Assembly: GCF_006345805.1 (NCBI RefSeq)
Contig: NC_043018.1
Coordinates: forward strand, 24,056,001 to 24,120,000
Length of the DNA stretch: 64,000 bases
Source: Octopus sinensis
Lineage: Eukaryota
Reading direction: 5' to 3'
Under the pieces are notes generated by a model. It ran no database searches. It was not told the origin of the DNA and worked only from the letters and a program-made list of their open reading frames with translations. Shown here piece after piece: positions 34,218 through 47,736 of the stretch (position 1 is the stretch's first letter; each line of letters opens with the position of its first letter). Both the position numbers and the translations under genes were made by a program.

Positions 34218-36661
34218 TGAAAAAGAAAGAATATTTGCAAAAGGACTGAGGTTTTGACATGTTACACTTTGGAATTCTTTTTTCATTTTTATCATGGCAG
34301 ATTAGCTGAAACATTACAACATCGGGCAAAATGCTTTGTGGTTTTTCTTCAAGCTCTTTACATTCTGAGTTCAATTTCCACCAAGGTTCATCCTTTCAGG
34401 CTTGATAAAATAAGTACCAGTTGAACACTGGGATCACTATAATCGATTTAGGCCTTCCCCTTAAAAATTGTTGGCCTTATGCTAAAGTAAGAAGGATTAT
34501 TGTAATTATTATTATTATTATTATTATTAAGGCAGTAAGCTGGCAGAATTGTTAGCACACCAGGCAAAATGCTTAGCAGTATTTCTTCCATTTTTATGAT
34601 CTGAGTTCAAGTTCTGCCATGGTTAGCTTTGACTTTCATTCTTTCAGGGTCAATAAATTAAGTACCAGTAAAATACTGGGATCAGTGTAATTAACTAGTC
34701 CTCTCCCCACTAATTTCAGGTGTTGTGCCTTCAGTAGAAAGAATTATTCTTATTATTATTATTATTATTAAGGCAGAATCATTAGCATGCCAGGCAAAAT
34801 GCTTAGCAGCATTTTGTCCATCTTTTCATTCTGAGTTCAAATGCTGCCGAGGTCCACTTTGTCTTTCATCCTTTCGAGGTCAATGAAATAAGTACCAGTT
34901 ATGCTCTAGAGTGCATGTAATTGATTAACCCCACTCCCCTGAAATTGCTGGCCTTGTGTCAAACTTTGAAACCAATAATAACAACAACAATAATAATAAA
35001 GTTGGCATTTACTTTATTACTGTTATTATTGGTTTCAAATTTTGACACAAGGCCAGCAATTTCGAGGGTGTGGGTAATTGAGTACCATCAACCCCATGGC
35101 TCAACTGGTTTTTTTTTTTTTTTGTATTAAACTCGAAAGGATGAAATACAAAGTTGACCTCCGCAGAATTTCAAAAATATGATAATAAATAATGATAATG
35201 AAATTATTGTGCATAGTACTCGGGTGCACTACATCGCATCAAAGGTACATGTACGGTGAATAGAATTATGTACAAAAGTCAAGAAGGTGAACAGTATGAG
35301 TCATGTGTGCATGTGTATGGAGGTGGGGATATCAGGTGTGGTGTTGGCGAATTTCAGAAAGCATGGAGGTTTTAAAGGATTGAACTCAGAATGGAAAGAC
35401 GGATGAAATGCCACTGAGCATTTTGCCTGGTGTGCTAACAATTCTGCCAGCTTGCTGCCCTCTGTTGTTATTACTAAGAAGAAGAAGACGGAGAGCTGGC
35501 TGAATCATTAGCACACTCGGTAACATTTCTGCCATCACTTTAAATTTCAAGTTCAAATCCCACCAGGATCGACTTTATCTTTCATCCTTTTGCGCGTTGA
35601 TAAAATAAATACTAATTGAACACCGGATTTAATGTAATCAACATACCTCCTCTCCCTAAATTTTCCTGGTCCTGTGCAAAATTTGAAATCATTATTGTTA
35701 TTGTATATATTATTTAGTATCTTTGATGAAATAAAAGTATTGTGTTTGTGTTCCTAAGTTTTTAATTGTGTGCAACAATTTTTTTTGTTTACTTGTTTGT
35801 ATCATTAGATTGTGGCCATGCTGGGGCACCACCTCAAAGAATTTTAGCCAAATAAATCCACCCTGGTACTTACTCTATTGGTCTCTTTTTACCAAACCAC
35901 TAAGTTACGAGAATGTAAACGTAGCAGCACTGCTTGTCATGTGGTGATGAGGGACAAACACATACACATGTATATATGACAGGGCTTCTTTCAATTTCCA
36001 TCTACCGAATCCACCCACAAGCCTTTGGTCGGCCCAAGGCTATATACTAGAAGACACTTACTCAAGGTGTCATGCTGTGGGTACTGAACCTGGAACCATG
36101 TGGTTGGGAAGCAAACTTCTTACCACACAGCACTACCTACGCCTATATTTGTATAAAGATATATATTCCTGTATCTATTTATATTAAATGTATTTTAAAT
36201 TTTAAGCTTGCTTTCCAACCATATGGTTCTGGGTTCAGTCCCACTGCATGGCACCTTGGGCAAGTGTCTTCTGCTATAGCTTTGGGCCGACCAAAGCCTT
36301 GTGAGTGGATTTGGTAGACAGAAACTGAAAGAAACCCACCATGGGTGTGTGTGTGTATATGTATTTGTCCCCTCACCATCGTTTGACAACCGATGTTGGT
36401 GTGTTCATGTTCCCTGTAACTTAGTTGAGTCTCTTTTGCTGAACCACTAAGTCCACACGAGATTTTTTGTTTTGTTTTTGTTATACTTCTGCAATACAGA
36501 AAATATTTTAACGATATTTTTTAATACAATTCCTAATAATATTTAATTATGAAAATATAGAATGTTTTTAAGCTTCAAATGGCAAGGAAGGTCCATCTGA
36601 ATAAAATGATAATCTTAGGAGGATACATAGGTAAAAAAAAAATGGTTGAGAAATTGGTATA

Positions 36662-37060
36662 GGCTCAGGGGTGACTGTGTGGTAAGTAGCTTGCTAACCA
36701 ACCACATGGTTCCGGGTTCAGTCCCACTGCATGGCATCTTGGGCAAGTGTCTTCTGCTATAGCCCCGGGCCGACCAATGCCTTGTGAGTGTATTTGGTAT
36801 ATGGAAACTGAAAGAAGCCTGTCATATATATGTATATATATATATATATATATGTGTGTGTCTGTGTTTGTCCCCCTAGCATTGATTGACAACCGATGTT
36901 GGTGTGTTTATGTCCCCGTAACTTAGCGGTTTGGCAAAAGAGACCGATAGAATAAGTACTGGGCTTACAAAGAATAAGTCCCGGGGTCGATTTGCTCGAC
37001 TAAAGGCGGTGCTCCAGCATGGCCACAGTCAAATGACTGAAACAAGTAAGAGTAAAGAGT
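36662..37060 (+). mobile_element. SINE family A (tRNA-derived head, internal TA/TG microsatellite), representative copy
   Basis: Head with GGTTCAGTCCC B-box-like motif, ccttgggcaagtgtctt core, GAGTAAAGAGT tail. Other copies at about 953-1080, 9777-9940, 11370-11765, 14110-14415, 14720-15150, 21122-21470, 24070-24420, 24990-25200, 25208-25600, 30864-31020, 31670-32090, 35780-36140, 36205-36450, 37735-38120, 38795-39172, 41650-41998 and 55205-55545. Confidence 0.9.
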
Positions 37061-37380
37061 GTATTGAAGATGTCTTGTTACTAATATTCATTCAAAAGTG
37101 ATATTTAACACTGTAAATTTGAAAGCACCCAGCACTATTTGTGAAGTGGTTGGCATTAAGAAGGGCATCAATCCAAATCTGACCGGAACTAGTGCAGCTC
37201 TCCTGCTTGCCAGTGCTGGTCAAACTATGGTTGCCATGCCAGCATAGAAAACAGACATTAAATAATGATGAAGTTGATATAATTTTTCTCATTTTATATT
37301 ACTCTCCTCCATTTCTTTGTAAGTTTCCGAGTACCTGATTTGAAGAATTCACTGGGTTCTGAATTAAAATATATGTTTAA

Positions 37381-37601
37381 CCCTTTAGTGTCCAGATTAC
37401 TCTGTTAAATGTAATATTTTTTTTATTCAAATTGTTTTGAATTAATCAAACATTATCTCATAGCTTTAAGGTTTCAATGATGTGATTGTTTATTTTTAGA
37501 ATGGCATTGTAGGTTAGGTGTGAGAGGCTAGATATTACCAGTTTGAATATAAAACACATAGAATATTTCGGGCGGATATGGCTGGTTTAAACACTAAAGG
37601 G
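37381..37601. mobile_element. piggyBac-like MITE (family E)
   Basis: TTAA/CCCTTTAG ... CTAAAGGG/TTAA. Confidence 0.85.
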
Positions 37602-38139
37602 TTAATTTATTTTCTATGACTTCACCATTGGCCATGCTTTTCTTGTCTAAATGGTTTTGCAATGTTCTAAAATAAATGGATGTCTGGGGATTAATTGTGC
37701 TTTCTCTTGTGGTTTTGAGATGAGGTGATTACTCTTATTCTTTACTCTTTTACTTATTTCAGCCATGTGACTGTGGCCATGCTGGAGCACCGCCTTTAGT
37801 CGATCAAATCGACCCCAGGACTTATTCATTGTAAGCCTAGTACCTATTTTATCGGTCTCTTTTTTGCCGAACCGCTAAGTTACGGAGACGTAAACACAGC
37901 AGCATCGGTTGTCAAGCGATGTTGGGGGGACAAACACAGACACACAAACACGCATATACATATATACAACGGGCTTCTTTCAGTTTCCTTCTACCAAATC
38001 CACTCACAAGGCTTTGGTCGACCCGAGGCTATAGTAGAAGACACTTACCCAAGGTGCCACGCAGTGGGGCTGAACTCGGAACCATGTGGTTGGTAAGCAA
38101 GCTACTTACCACACAGCCACTCGTGATTGTTTATTTTTA

Positions 38140-38415
38140 GAATACCTAGAGAAGAGCAAAGTTGCAGAAGCATTGATGACAATTCAAAACCAACATGACC
38201 TGGGAGAAGAAGGCTTTCTCTCAGGAAAATATATGATCCCGCAAGGGGATCAGAAGTGAGAATGCCCTAAAAATAGCTGGATGTGGGAAACTGAGGTGGA
38301 GTTGTAAAAGAGGGGTCCAACAGGAGAGCAGCAAAAAAATACAGCTCAGAATCAAGAACTGGAGAAAAGTCATCAATGGCTTATGTTCCATAGAGAACAA
38401 AAGGGCTTAAGTAAG
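38140..38415 (+). mobile_element. RTE-clade LINE 3' remnant
   Basis: Degenerate PQGDQK*ECPKNSW...TAQNQ / WRKVINGLCSIENKRA* resembles the RTE ORF end (PQGKRKRGRPKNTW...AQDR..WR.LV.GLCS); TAAG-repeat tail. Confidence 0.6.
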
Positions 38416-39189
38416 ATGTGTCCATCTTTTTTTTCAGGATAATAGGGTGTGATTTGAGAAAATTTAGTTGCTATTTCTAGCAAGTTGAATGACTACCTAG
38501 TTGACTCATCTGACCTATATTTCCCTGAAGAGATTATTTAAAAAATCCAAACATAATTTTAGAGTAAGACTACTTACAAATTCTTATATATCAGATATTT
38601 TAATACCACTGCTAAGGAGATAGATTAACCTTTTGGTATATAATCTGGCCATATCCAGCCTAAAAATTCTTCCTGTTTTTATGCTCAAACCGACCATATC
38701 CAGCCTTTCACACCTACACTACAATGTCATTCTAAAACTATAAAATCACTCCATCCCAAAACTATGATATAACACATGATTAATTCAAAACAATACTTTA
38801 CTTACTTGTTTCAGTCATTTGACTGCGGCCATGCTGGAGCACCGCCTTTAGTCGAGCAAATCGACCCCGGGACTTATTCTTTGTAAGCCCAGTACTTATT
38901 CTATCGGTCTCTTTTTGCCGAACCGCTAAGTGACGGGGACGTAAACACAACAGCATCGGTTGTCAAGCAATGCTAGGGGGACAAACACAGACATATACAC
39001 ACACATATATATAGACATATATACGACAGGCTTCTTTCAGTTTCTGTCTACCAAATTCACAAGGCATTGGTCGGCCCGAGGCTATAGCAGAAGACACTTG
39101 CCCAAGATGCCACGCAGTGGGACTGAACCCGGAACCATGTGGTTGGTAAGCAAGCTACTTACCACACAGCCACATATATATACATATAC

Positions 39190-39520
39190 ATATAAAAAAA
39201 AAGACTCCGCCGGTTACGACGACGAGGGTCCCAGCTGATACGATCAACGGAACAGCTTGCTCGTGAAATTAACGTGCAAATGGCTGAGCATTCCACAGAC
39301 ACGTGTACCCTTAACGTAGTTCTCGGGAAAAATCAGCGTGACACAGAGAGTGACAAGGCTGACCCTTTGAAATACAAGTACAACTCATTTTTGCCAGCTG
39401 AGTGGACTGGAGCAACGTGAAATCAGTGTCTTGCTCAAGGACACAACGCGTCGCCGGGAATCGAACTCACAACCTTACGATCATGAGCCGAATGCCCTAA
39501 CCACTAAGCCACGCGCCCTC
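39190..39520 (-). mobile_element. tRNA-derived SINE, C-related head with a different 3' half, CpG-intact
   Basis: Minus strand GGCGCGTGGCTTAGTGGTTAGGGCATTCGG...GAGTTCGATTCCCGG; older relative at about 57430-57650. Confidence 0.8.
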
Positions 39521-40369
39521 AATATATACATATATATACTTATATATATATATGTATGTATGTTCAACTAAAGGTGGTGCTCCAGCATAGCTGCAGTCAA
39601 ATGACTGAAACAAATAAAAGAATATACCATTCTGAGCTCAAAGCTTACTGGATCCTGAATAAATGCACTGGGAAGTTTGTTGACCATTTCAATGTTGAAT
39701 TGTTGTTTTGTTCATAAATGATGTCTTCCATTGGCAAAGATCCACAGATAGAGTGGCGGTGGGGAGGATGTATCAATGATTAAATTAAATCCAGTACAAT
39801 TCTGGTTAGTTCCAGCAAGATATGAACTCGGGACATTGTTGAAGTGACAATTGCTAATCTGTCTTTTTAATGTTCAGATTAGAAATACTTTGTTTTAGTT
39901 GTTATTTAACATTAATTGAACAAACCTATGACTAAAAATGTTTTAGCACCAGACCATTCCATCATTTTTTCTTCAGGTATAATGCATCTTAGACTAATTA
40001 CCTAATTTATCTTTCCATTGTTTTCAAAAATGGCTTGGTGGGATTTGAAGAAGACCTGTCCAGTACTCAAGAAAACCCATCCATACTCAAGAAGACCCAT
40101 CCTGAACTCAAAACAGAAGTGTTAAGGCCTCTCTCCCTGGTGAAAAGGATTGGCCTGCAAGAGTCCTGGGCTGGTACTACATAAAAATCACTTGTGTTGG
40201 TGCCATATAAAAGTGCTGATGTTGTTGCTATGTTAAAAGTACCCAGCATACACTGTAAAGTGGTTGGTATTAGGAAGGGCATCTGGCCGTAGAAATCAAG
40301 CCAAATCAGACTGGAACCTGGTGCAGCTCTCCAGCTTGCTAGCTCTGGTCAAACCATCCAACCTATACC

Positions 40370-40604
40370 TATTTCTTTATTACCCACAAGGGGCTGAACA
40401 TAGAGGGGACAAACAAGGACAGACATAGGTATTAAGTCGATTACATCAACCCCAGTGCGTAACTGGTACTTAATTTATCAACCCCGAAAGGATGAAAGGC
40501 AAAGTCGACCTTGGCGGAATTTGAACTCAGTACGTAATGACAGACGAAATATGGCTACACATCTTGCCTGGCGTGCTAACGTTTCTGCCAGCTCGCCGCC
40601 TTTA
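40370..40604 (-). mobile_element. SINE family B inserted into a SINE-D copy, 12-bp TSD
   Basis: CCAACCTATACC at 40358-40369 and 40605-40616. Confidence 0.85.
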
Positions 40605-40852
40605 CCAACCTATACCAGCACGGTAAGGGATGATGACAACAAAGATGATGAGCAATCGCATAGAAGCTTTCCTATTAGTTCATCTTTCCCTGTTGACTCG
40701 ATGAAACAAGTGAAGATGCATAACATAAACAATGAGCAAGGTAATTGCAAAAGCAGAGAATTTCTCAGCTGATGGCAATATCCTTTGAAAAAGACTAATT
40801 CTCATTGGATATAGTTTCAGATGACCAATTATATCACTGGACATTTGTTTAA

Positions 40853-41074
40853 CCCTTTAGCATTTAAACCGGCCATATCTGGCCAGAAGTATTCTGCCTG
40901 TTTTATGTTCAAACTGGTGAGATCTGGTCTCTCACACCAATCCTACAATATCGTTTTAAAAATTAACAGCTACCTCATCAAAATCTCATAGCTACAAGAT
41001 TAATGAATGATTAATTCAAAACAATATGGATGAAGAAGCATTAATTGTGGCAGAATAATGCGAACACTAAAGGG
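40853..41074. mobile_element. piggyBac-like MITE (family E)
   Basis: TTAA/CCCTTTAGCA ... CACTAAAGGG/TTAA; close relative at about 61334-61551. Confidence 0.85.
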
Positions 41075-42689
41075 TTAAATCACAATAATCAAGCAAATGA
41101 GCTTTAGATTATATTGGGGGAGTTTCAAACACCAATGCATACCATTGGCCTCCCCTTCGAGTCTCAAAAGTAAAGCTACCATTAATGTTGAGTAATAACA
41201 AACAGAATGTGATTGTGAATAAAAGTGTAGCTTGGAGATCAGAGAGTCTTTCAAGGACAAACTGCTACTTCTCTACATTAACTCTTTAATATTCGTTTAT
41301 TCTGTTAAATGCAACGTTTATTTAATCACATTATTTTCAATTAATTATGCATTATCTTGCAGCTTTGAGATTTTGATGATGTGGTTGCTTATTTTTAGAA
41401 TGACATTGTAGGATAGGTGTAAGAGGCTGGATCTAGCAGATTCGAACATAAAACAGGTAGAATATCTGTGTTGAATATGGCAGGTTCAAATGATAAAGGA
41501 TTAAGAGCTCACAGCTTTAGTACTATGAACATGTCACTTGAAGGCTGCAGGAAAGGGTCACAAAAGAGATTCTTCAAGGCATATGCCATCTGCCCAGAGA
41601 CCTAGTGGTAGATTAAGTATGAGATGGTTAAATATTATCCATAGTCATATAGGTGCAGGAGTGCTGTGTGGCAAGTGTCTTCTACTATATAGCCTTGGGC
41701 TAACCAAAGCCTTGTGAGTGGATTTGGTAGACAGAAACTGAAAGAAGCCCGTCGTATATATGTGTATATATATATGTATGTGTGTGTATATGTTTGTGTG
41801 TCTGTGTTTGTCCCCACCCCCAACATTGCTTGACAACCGATGCTGGTGTGTTTACATCCCCATAACTTAGTGGTTTGGCAAAAGAGATCGATAGAATAAG
41901 TACTAGGCTTACAAAGAATAAGTCCTGGGGTCAGTTTGTTCGACTAAAGGTGGTGCTCGTGCATGGCTGCAGTCAAATGACTGAAACAAATAAAAGAGAG
42001 TCTCAGTTAGTCAAGCTTGGGTATCCAGCAGAAAACTAATGTTGATTGCTTCTGGTACGACCTTATGGAGGAGGTGCCTGAGATGGTTACCCCTCCAACA
42101 ACTTTCTTAGGAATAGTGGGCAGCAAAAACGAATAGATAGATGGATTTAGTGAGGATGCTGACCTTACTATGAATATTGACTTATTGTAGAAACAGAAAA
42201 TTGGCTAGTGTCGAGTGTACATGAATGCACAGAACCTCTTAAACAGGAATAATACTGCTTATAGATACAGCTTATAAAAACACAAGACAGCATTGAAGAT
42301 GAAGATGATATAAAAATAGTTCTATTTTTAAAAAGTACTAAAATTCACATATATTGTGTCCTTGTAATTTTTTTTGTTTTGAATACATTGTAGCTGTTGG
42401 CTCGGCTTAGTACTATTTAATGTGGTATTATAGTAAGACTGGTAGATATTCAAAGGTCATGTCTGTTGTTTTTAAGCTTCAGTTGTATTGATGTCATTTA
42501 GCTCTAGGTCAGCCCTGAACAAACAGATCTATGATTAATGCTATTCCAACCATGACTATCCTCTCTATTATTCAAATATGGTATATTTCTGGACTGTAAA
42601 ACTATTGGTCACCCCTTTGGGCCACAAAAGTAAAGCTACTGTAAATGTTGGATATGAAACCAATACGTCCTTCCTTCTTCAAGACTTTT

Positions 42690-42941
42690 CAGTGGTGTTT
42701 CTCAACCAGGGTTCCCTGGCATCCTAGAGTTCTGCAAAAGGTTCCTAGGGGTTCCACAAGAAAAAGTGAGATAAGCTAATACTGATTTCATGATCATAAC
42801 ACACACACATATTTACCATGTGAACTATGATGAAAAAATATGAGAAAGATATGGTATATAATTTTTTTTTGTGCAGGGGTTCCTTGAGACTTGTAATTTA
42901 TTTTAAGGGTTACATGAGTGTAAAAAGGTTGAGAAACACTG
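42690..42941. mobile_element. hAT-like MITE
   Basis: CAGTGGTGTTTCTCAACC ... GGTTGAGAAACACTG ends; related ends near 15318, 32174-32191, 59340-59358 and 59885. Confidence 0.55.
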
Positions 42942-45169
42942 CTGTACAGTGTCCAGGTTATATAGTTATACATTTGATAATAGATCACATATTTGCTCAT
43001 CTGATATAGGACAATACTACACTGCCACTACACTTGTATTACACTGCACACTGTCATGTATCCAGTACTTAACTTACAGCAACTTATGGTACTAACTCTT
43101 CAACATTTAAACCAGCCATATCAGGCCTGAATATTCTACTTATTTTATGCTCAGACTGTCTACATCTGGCCTCTCACACCTACTCAACAATGTCATTCAA
43201 AAAGCTATGAAATAAGCCATGATTAATTCAAAACAATCCTTATAGATTTCTCGGTTCCTTTGGTAAAATACTGAAGAAATGCAGATCTTTGAACAGTAAG
43301 CTGTTGTTGTCTATGATCTTGATAGTAGAACCTTCAAAACAATGCTATTGAAAATACTTAGAGGATTGATATAACACTCTCTATAGTTTAATGCAAGCCC
43401 TTCAAGATGTTCTGTAAATTGAACACTACATATCTATTCTCCTTTCTCTGCAGAGTGTTGACTTTTTGTATATTCAACTTTTCCAGTAGTTCTGTTGTTG
43501 CAGTGAGATGATCTTCTTAGTGTAGTGTTAGATCTGCCACTTAATATTGTTTGGTAACCATAGTTGAGAATAGTTCACATATCTGTTTATACATCGCCAT
43601 GTATAGCTTTTACCTATTTTGGCCATATCATTTTTGAAAATCTTAAATGTTATTTTTATACAACATAACAATATTGTTTATAAATAATAACCCATAGTAC
43701 CCCAAGACAAAATTCCCTCTGTATTAAACATCCTAGGTTTTATTTGTGTCTTGCCCCTTTAACTGGTAATTAACATCATGATTTAGAGTCTTCCCCTACT
43801 CAGCCTCCTTTTATAGACAGTTACTCTATATCCAATTGACTACTCCTAATGTCTGCTTTCCTCCCTGAGGAAAAGGGATACATATGACAATATTTATGAC
43901 CATACCTAGCCATGAGCTGTCAACTCACTCTTGTCCTTTATTCAAACTAGACACAGTCCTCTAGTGTTAGATTTAGTAGTTGATAAAGAGATGAATGAAT
44001 TAGAAATGAACCACAATCCTTTGCAAGTTATGACCCCAATGGGTTTCATGCGATTCTTGGAAGTGTAGTCTATTCTTGGCTACAATAGTGACATCATGAA
44101 TTTCTTCCATCTTCTTGCTCTGTTAAAGTATTTGAGGAAAATTATATTAATGTGTCCAACTGGTTAAAATTCTATTTATTTATTTGTGCATCTGATGATA
44201 GCATTGCATTTAAATTGATGTAATGATTGCATTGTTCAATTAAATCGACCCACTTGAAATGGTTGTACTGCATTACTACTTGATATCCTGTTGCTTATTT
44301 TGATTATATATATATATATATATATATATAAATTTTTCTGTAATTTCTGTAAATAAAGTTGTGAAAGAGTTTGCTTATAGGCACAGACATGGCTTCTCAA
44401 CCACATGGATTCATATTGAGTTTGGCACCTTGGACGAGTGTCTTCTACTATAACCTTGGGCTGACCAAAGCCTGGCGAAAGGATTTCTTAGATGGAAGCC
44501 GAAAGAAGCCCATCTCATATATGTATGTGTGTGTGTGTGTATTTATTTGCATCACCTTCTCTTGACGTTGCGTGAGGTCATTTGTTTCCAATATTCAGTG
44601 AAAACATGCCTAAATATGGGTTGAAATCTAACCTTGCTTGGAAACAGGTGAGGGTAGATAACAGGAGAGTGTATCTGACCATAGAAAATCTGTCTCTACA
44701 AATTCCATCTTACCCATGCCGGCATAGAAAAGTGGATGTTAAGTGATGATGAAGATGATATATACATAGATAGCTGGATGGATGACCATCAGTTTCATTG
44801 ACGAATGTTTGAAATTTATGAACGAATTAGTATGTAAGTGGCTGAGCATCGTTCGCAGCCCTTTATGTGTAAGCTCAACGTCTAATTTTCAGCCACAACC
44901 AGCAAGACACATGAGGCGGGAGGTGATACGTCAATGCCCTACCATGTGACACTACACCGTGTATTATTACAATTTGAATTATAAATACAATCCGTGCTAC
45001 AGTATTCTATAACACTTCCTATCGACCCAGTTTTACTCCACAAGGTATGGTTATAGAAAATGACATTTGCCGAAGTTGCCATGCAGTGCTACCGCAAAAT
45101 GACACTGTGGAACAAACTTCGTAACTATTCGGCCATACAGTCCATACCCTCATCTCTCTTTATAAATAT

Positions 45170-45200
<31 letters not shown>

Positions 45201-45207
<7 letters not shown>

Positions 45208-45270
45208 TAAATTAGAGATAAAACCACTATTAGGCAACTCAAACAATAATTATCTCTAATTTAATTTATA
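45201..45270. repeat. Perfect 21-bp inverted repeat with a 28-nt loop
   Basis: TATAAATTAAATTAGAGATAA / TTATCTCTAATTTAATTTATA. Confidence 0.85.
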
Positions 45271-45344
45271 TTTATACAGTGAAATTTGATTTAATCCTAA
45301 ATCTAATTTTTCCCTGTAAGTTTGGATATACTCCCTAATATTAT

Positions 45345-45401
<57 letters not shown>

Positions 45402-45847
45402 AACAAGGAGAAATTTGAGAATAAATGGATGTAATTACAGATTTTTTTGTATGTTGTAGAAAGATGACGTTTTTTTTTAAAAAACATTACAAATAAATTA
45501 GAAGTTGAAAGCTCATAAAAGTTAAGGAAAAAACTTTTTTGAGCTTTCAACTTCCAATATATTTGTAATGTCTTTTTAAAAAAAAACTTCATCTTTCTAC
45601 AACATACAAATAAATCTGTAATTACATCCATTTATTCTTCTTTTCCTCTCTATATCCTTTCTATATTAATAATTTCAATAATCCTAAACATATACAAATG
45701 ACTTTACCATTATATGATACGGATTGAACCAGTGGAATACCTTGGATTATATAATATAATCCCTAATGAGGATTTTACTTCCTCGAATTAACTATATATA
45801 TATATATATAACGATCGTACTGCATAACCTCTGGATATCCTTGTTGC

Positions 45848-45883
<36 letters not shown>

Positions 45884-46451
45884 GACAGGCTTCCTTCAGT
45901 TTCCGTCTAACAAATCCACTTACAAGGTTTTGGTCAGAACCATGTGGTTGGGAAGCTAACTTCTTACTAGACAGCCACTTCAGCGCTAGTGATTTACAAG
46001 TCCCGCGTCAGACTAATCGTTCCTTCAACTTATATAGGACTTTTTTGTACATAATTATATGTACTGTACATGCACCTTTGATGAGTTGTAGTGCATCTGA
46101 GCATTATACACAATAATTTCATTATTATTATTACTGAGATAAGGCTGTTGTTTCTAGCGAGTTGAGTGACTCTTAAGAGGCTTTCTCGTTGAGAGGCTTG
46201 TGTTGGTGCATGTTATATGATTTGTCACCTGTACGTTATTGAAACAACTGTGAACCCTGAAATGAATGTTAATACTAAATCCATCCTCCACTTGCTTCTC
46301 ACATGTTATATATATTTATATGGTGAGTGGACAAACGAAAGAAAGAGGCACTCAACACAATTAGTGGGAGTTATATTATTTAAAACTTTGATTCGGCCTA
46401 GCTCGATGAAACTTTAAGCCTCCGAAAGTTGCATAGGGCAACTGATTAAAA

Positions 46452-46606
46452 TTATATATATATATATATAATGTGTGTATTAGGTTTATATCGTCAGTGC
46501 TTTAGGGGCCTCAATACTTATTTTAATCAAGCACATGTTCACGTTGACATTTTATAGATGAAGTTTTAAACCCCACGCTTTCACAAACGCATACCGTGTA
46601 TTATGT

Positions 46607-46646
<40 letters not shown>

Positions 46647-46953
46647 TTTTCTCAACGTGGGTAAGCGAGAACGGAAGTTGTAGACGGAAATGAAATGAAA
46701 AAGTTTTTCTTGTGTTCTTCATGAATCTTTTACTTTCTACATATATACATATGTGAACCCACATACATAATACAATACATCGGCTTATGTATATACATTT
46801 ATATATATATATATATAATGTGTGTATTAGGTTTATATCGTCAGTGCTTTAGGGGCCTCAATACTTAGTTTAATCAGGCACATGTTCACGTTGACATTTT
46901 ATAGATGAAGTTTTAAACCCCACGCTTTCACAAACGCATACCGTGTATTATGT

Positions 46954-47001
<48 letters not shown>

Positions 47002-47172
47002 TTTTCTCAACGTGGGTAAGCGAGAACGGAAGTTGTAGACGGAAATGAAATGAAAAAGTTTTTCTTGTGTTCTTCATGAATCTTTTACTTTCTACATATA
47101 TACATATGTGAACCCACATACATAATACAATACATCGGCTTATGTATATACATTTATATATATATATATATA
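46452..47172. repeat. Tandem duplication of a unit of about 350 bp bounded by (TA)n
   Basis: Two copies starting atgtgtgtattaggtttatatcgtcag; they differ at tattttaatcaag vs tagtttaatcagg and in (TA)n length. Confidence 0.92.
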
Positions 47173-47665
47173 GGTCATATATATAGATGTATATAGTAAT
47201 ATAAATACATACATAACTTAATGTCTCGGACCAGTTGTCATTTTTAATTGCAGTAAATTAAGTGAAAAGATCCGTAAATTAATCATAAGGTTTATATATT
47301 GGGTACACCACACTTCGTTAACCAACTTACAACACACACATTGCATATCACAATTATGTTCCGTTCTATTTTCTTTTCAATATCAAATCACGATTTAGGC
47401 GGCGAACCGGCAGAAACGTTAGCACTCCGGGTGAAATGCTTAGTGGTATTTCATCTGTCTTTATGTTCTGAGTTCAAATTCCGCCGAGGTCGACTTTGCC
47501 TTTCATCCTTTCGAGGTCGATAAATTAAATACCAGTTGCGTACTGTGGCCGATCTAATCGACTGGTCCCCATCACCAAAAATTTCGGGCCTTGTACCTAG
47601 TGTAGAAGAGAATATCAAATCATGATTTAGGTGGCGAGCCGGCAGAATCGTTTAACACACCGGGC

Positions 47666-47736
47666 AAAGAATACGCACACCACCCGTCTTCGGCTTAACC
47701 CCAACCACCGTAAAACTGGTGGTGTGCGTATTCTTT
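47666..47736. repeat. Perfect 19-bp inverted repeat with a 33-nt loop, inserted in a SINE-B head
   Basis: AAAGAATACGCACACCACC / GGTGGTGTGCGTATTCTTT. Confidence 0.85.

Noticed and set aside
39440-39520. tRNA gene candidates (also 2865-2935 and other SINE heads)
   Set aside because: A and B boxes are present but there is no paired acceptor stem or T-run terminator; each continues into a SINE body
43240-44160. Possible LINE ORF2 remnant or hidden gene
   Set aside because: All frames are broken by stops and I could not identify any diagnostic RT or endonuclease motif
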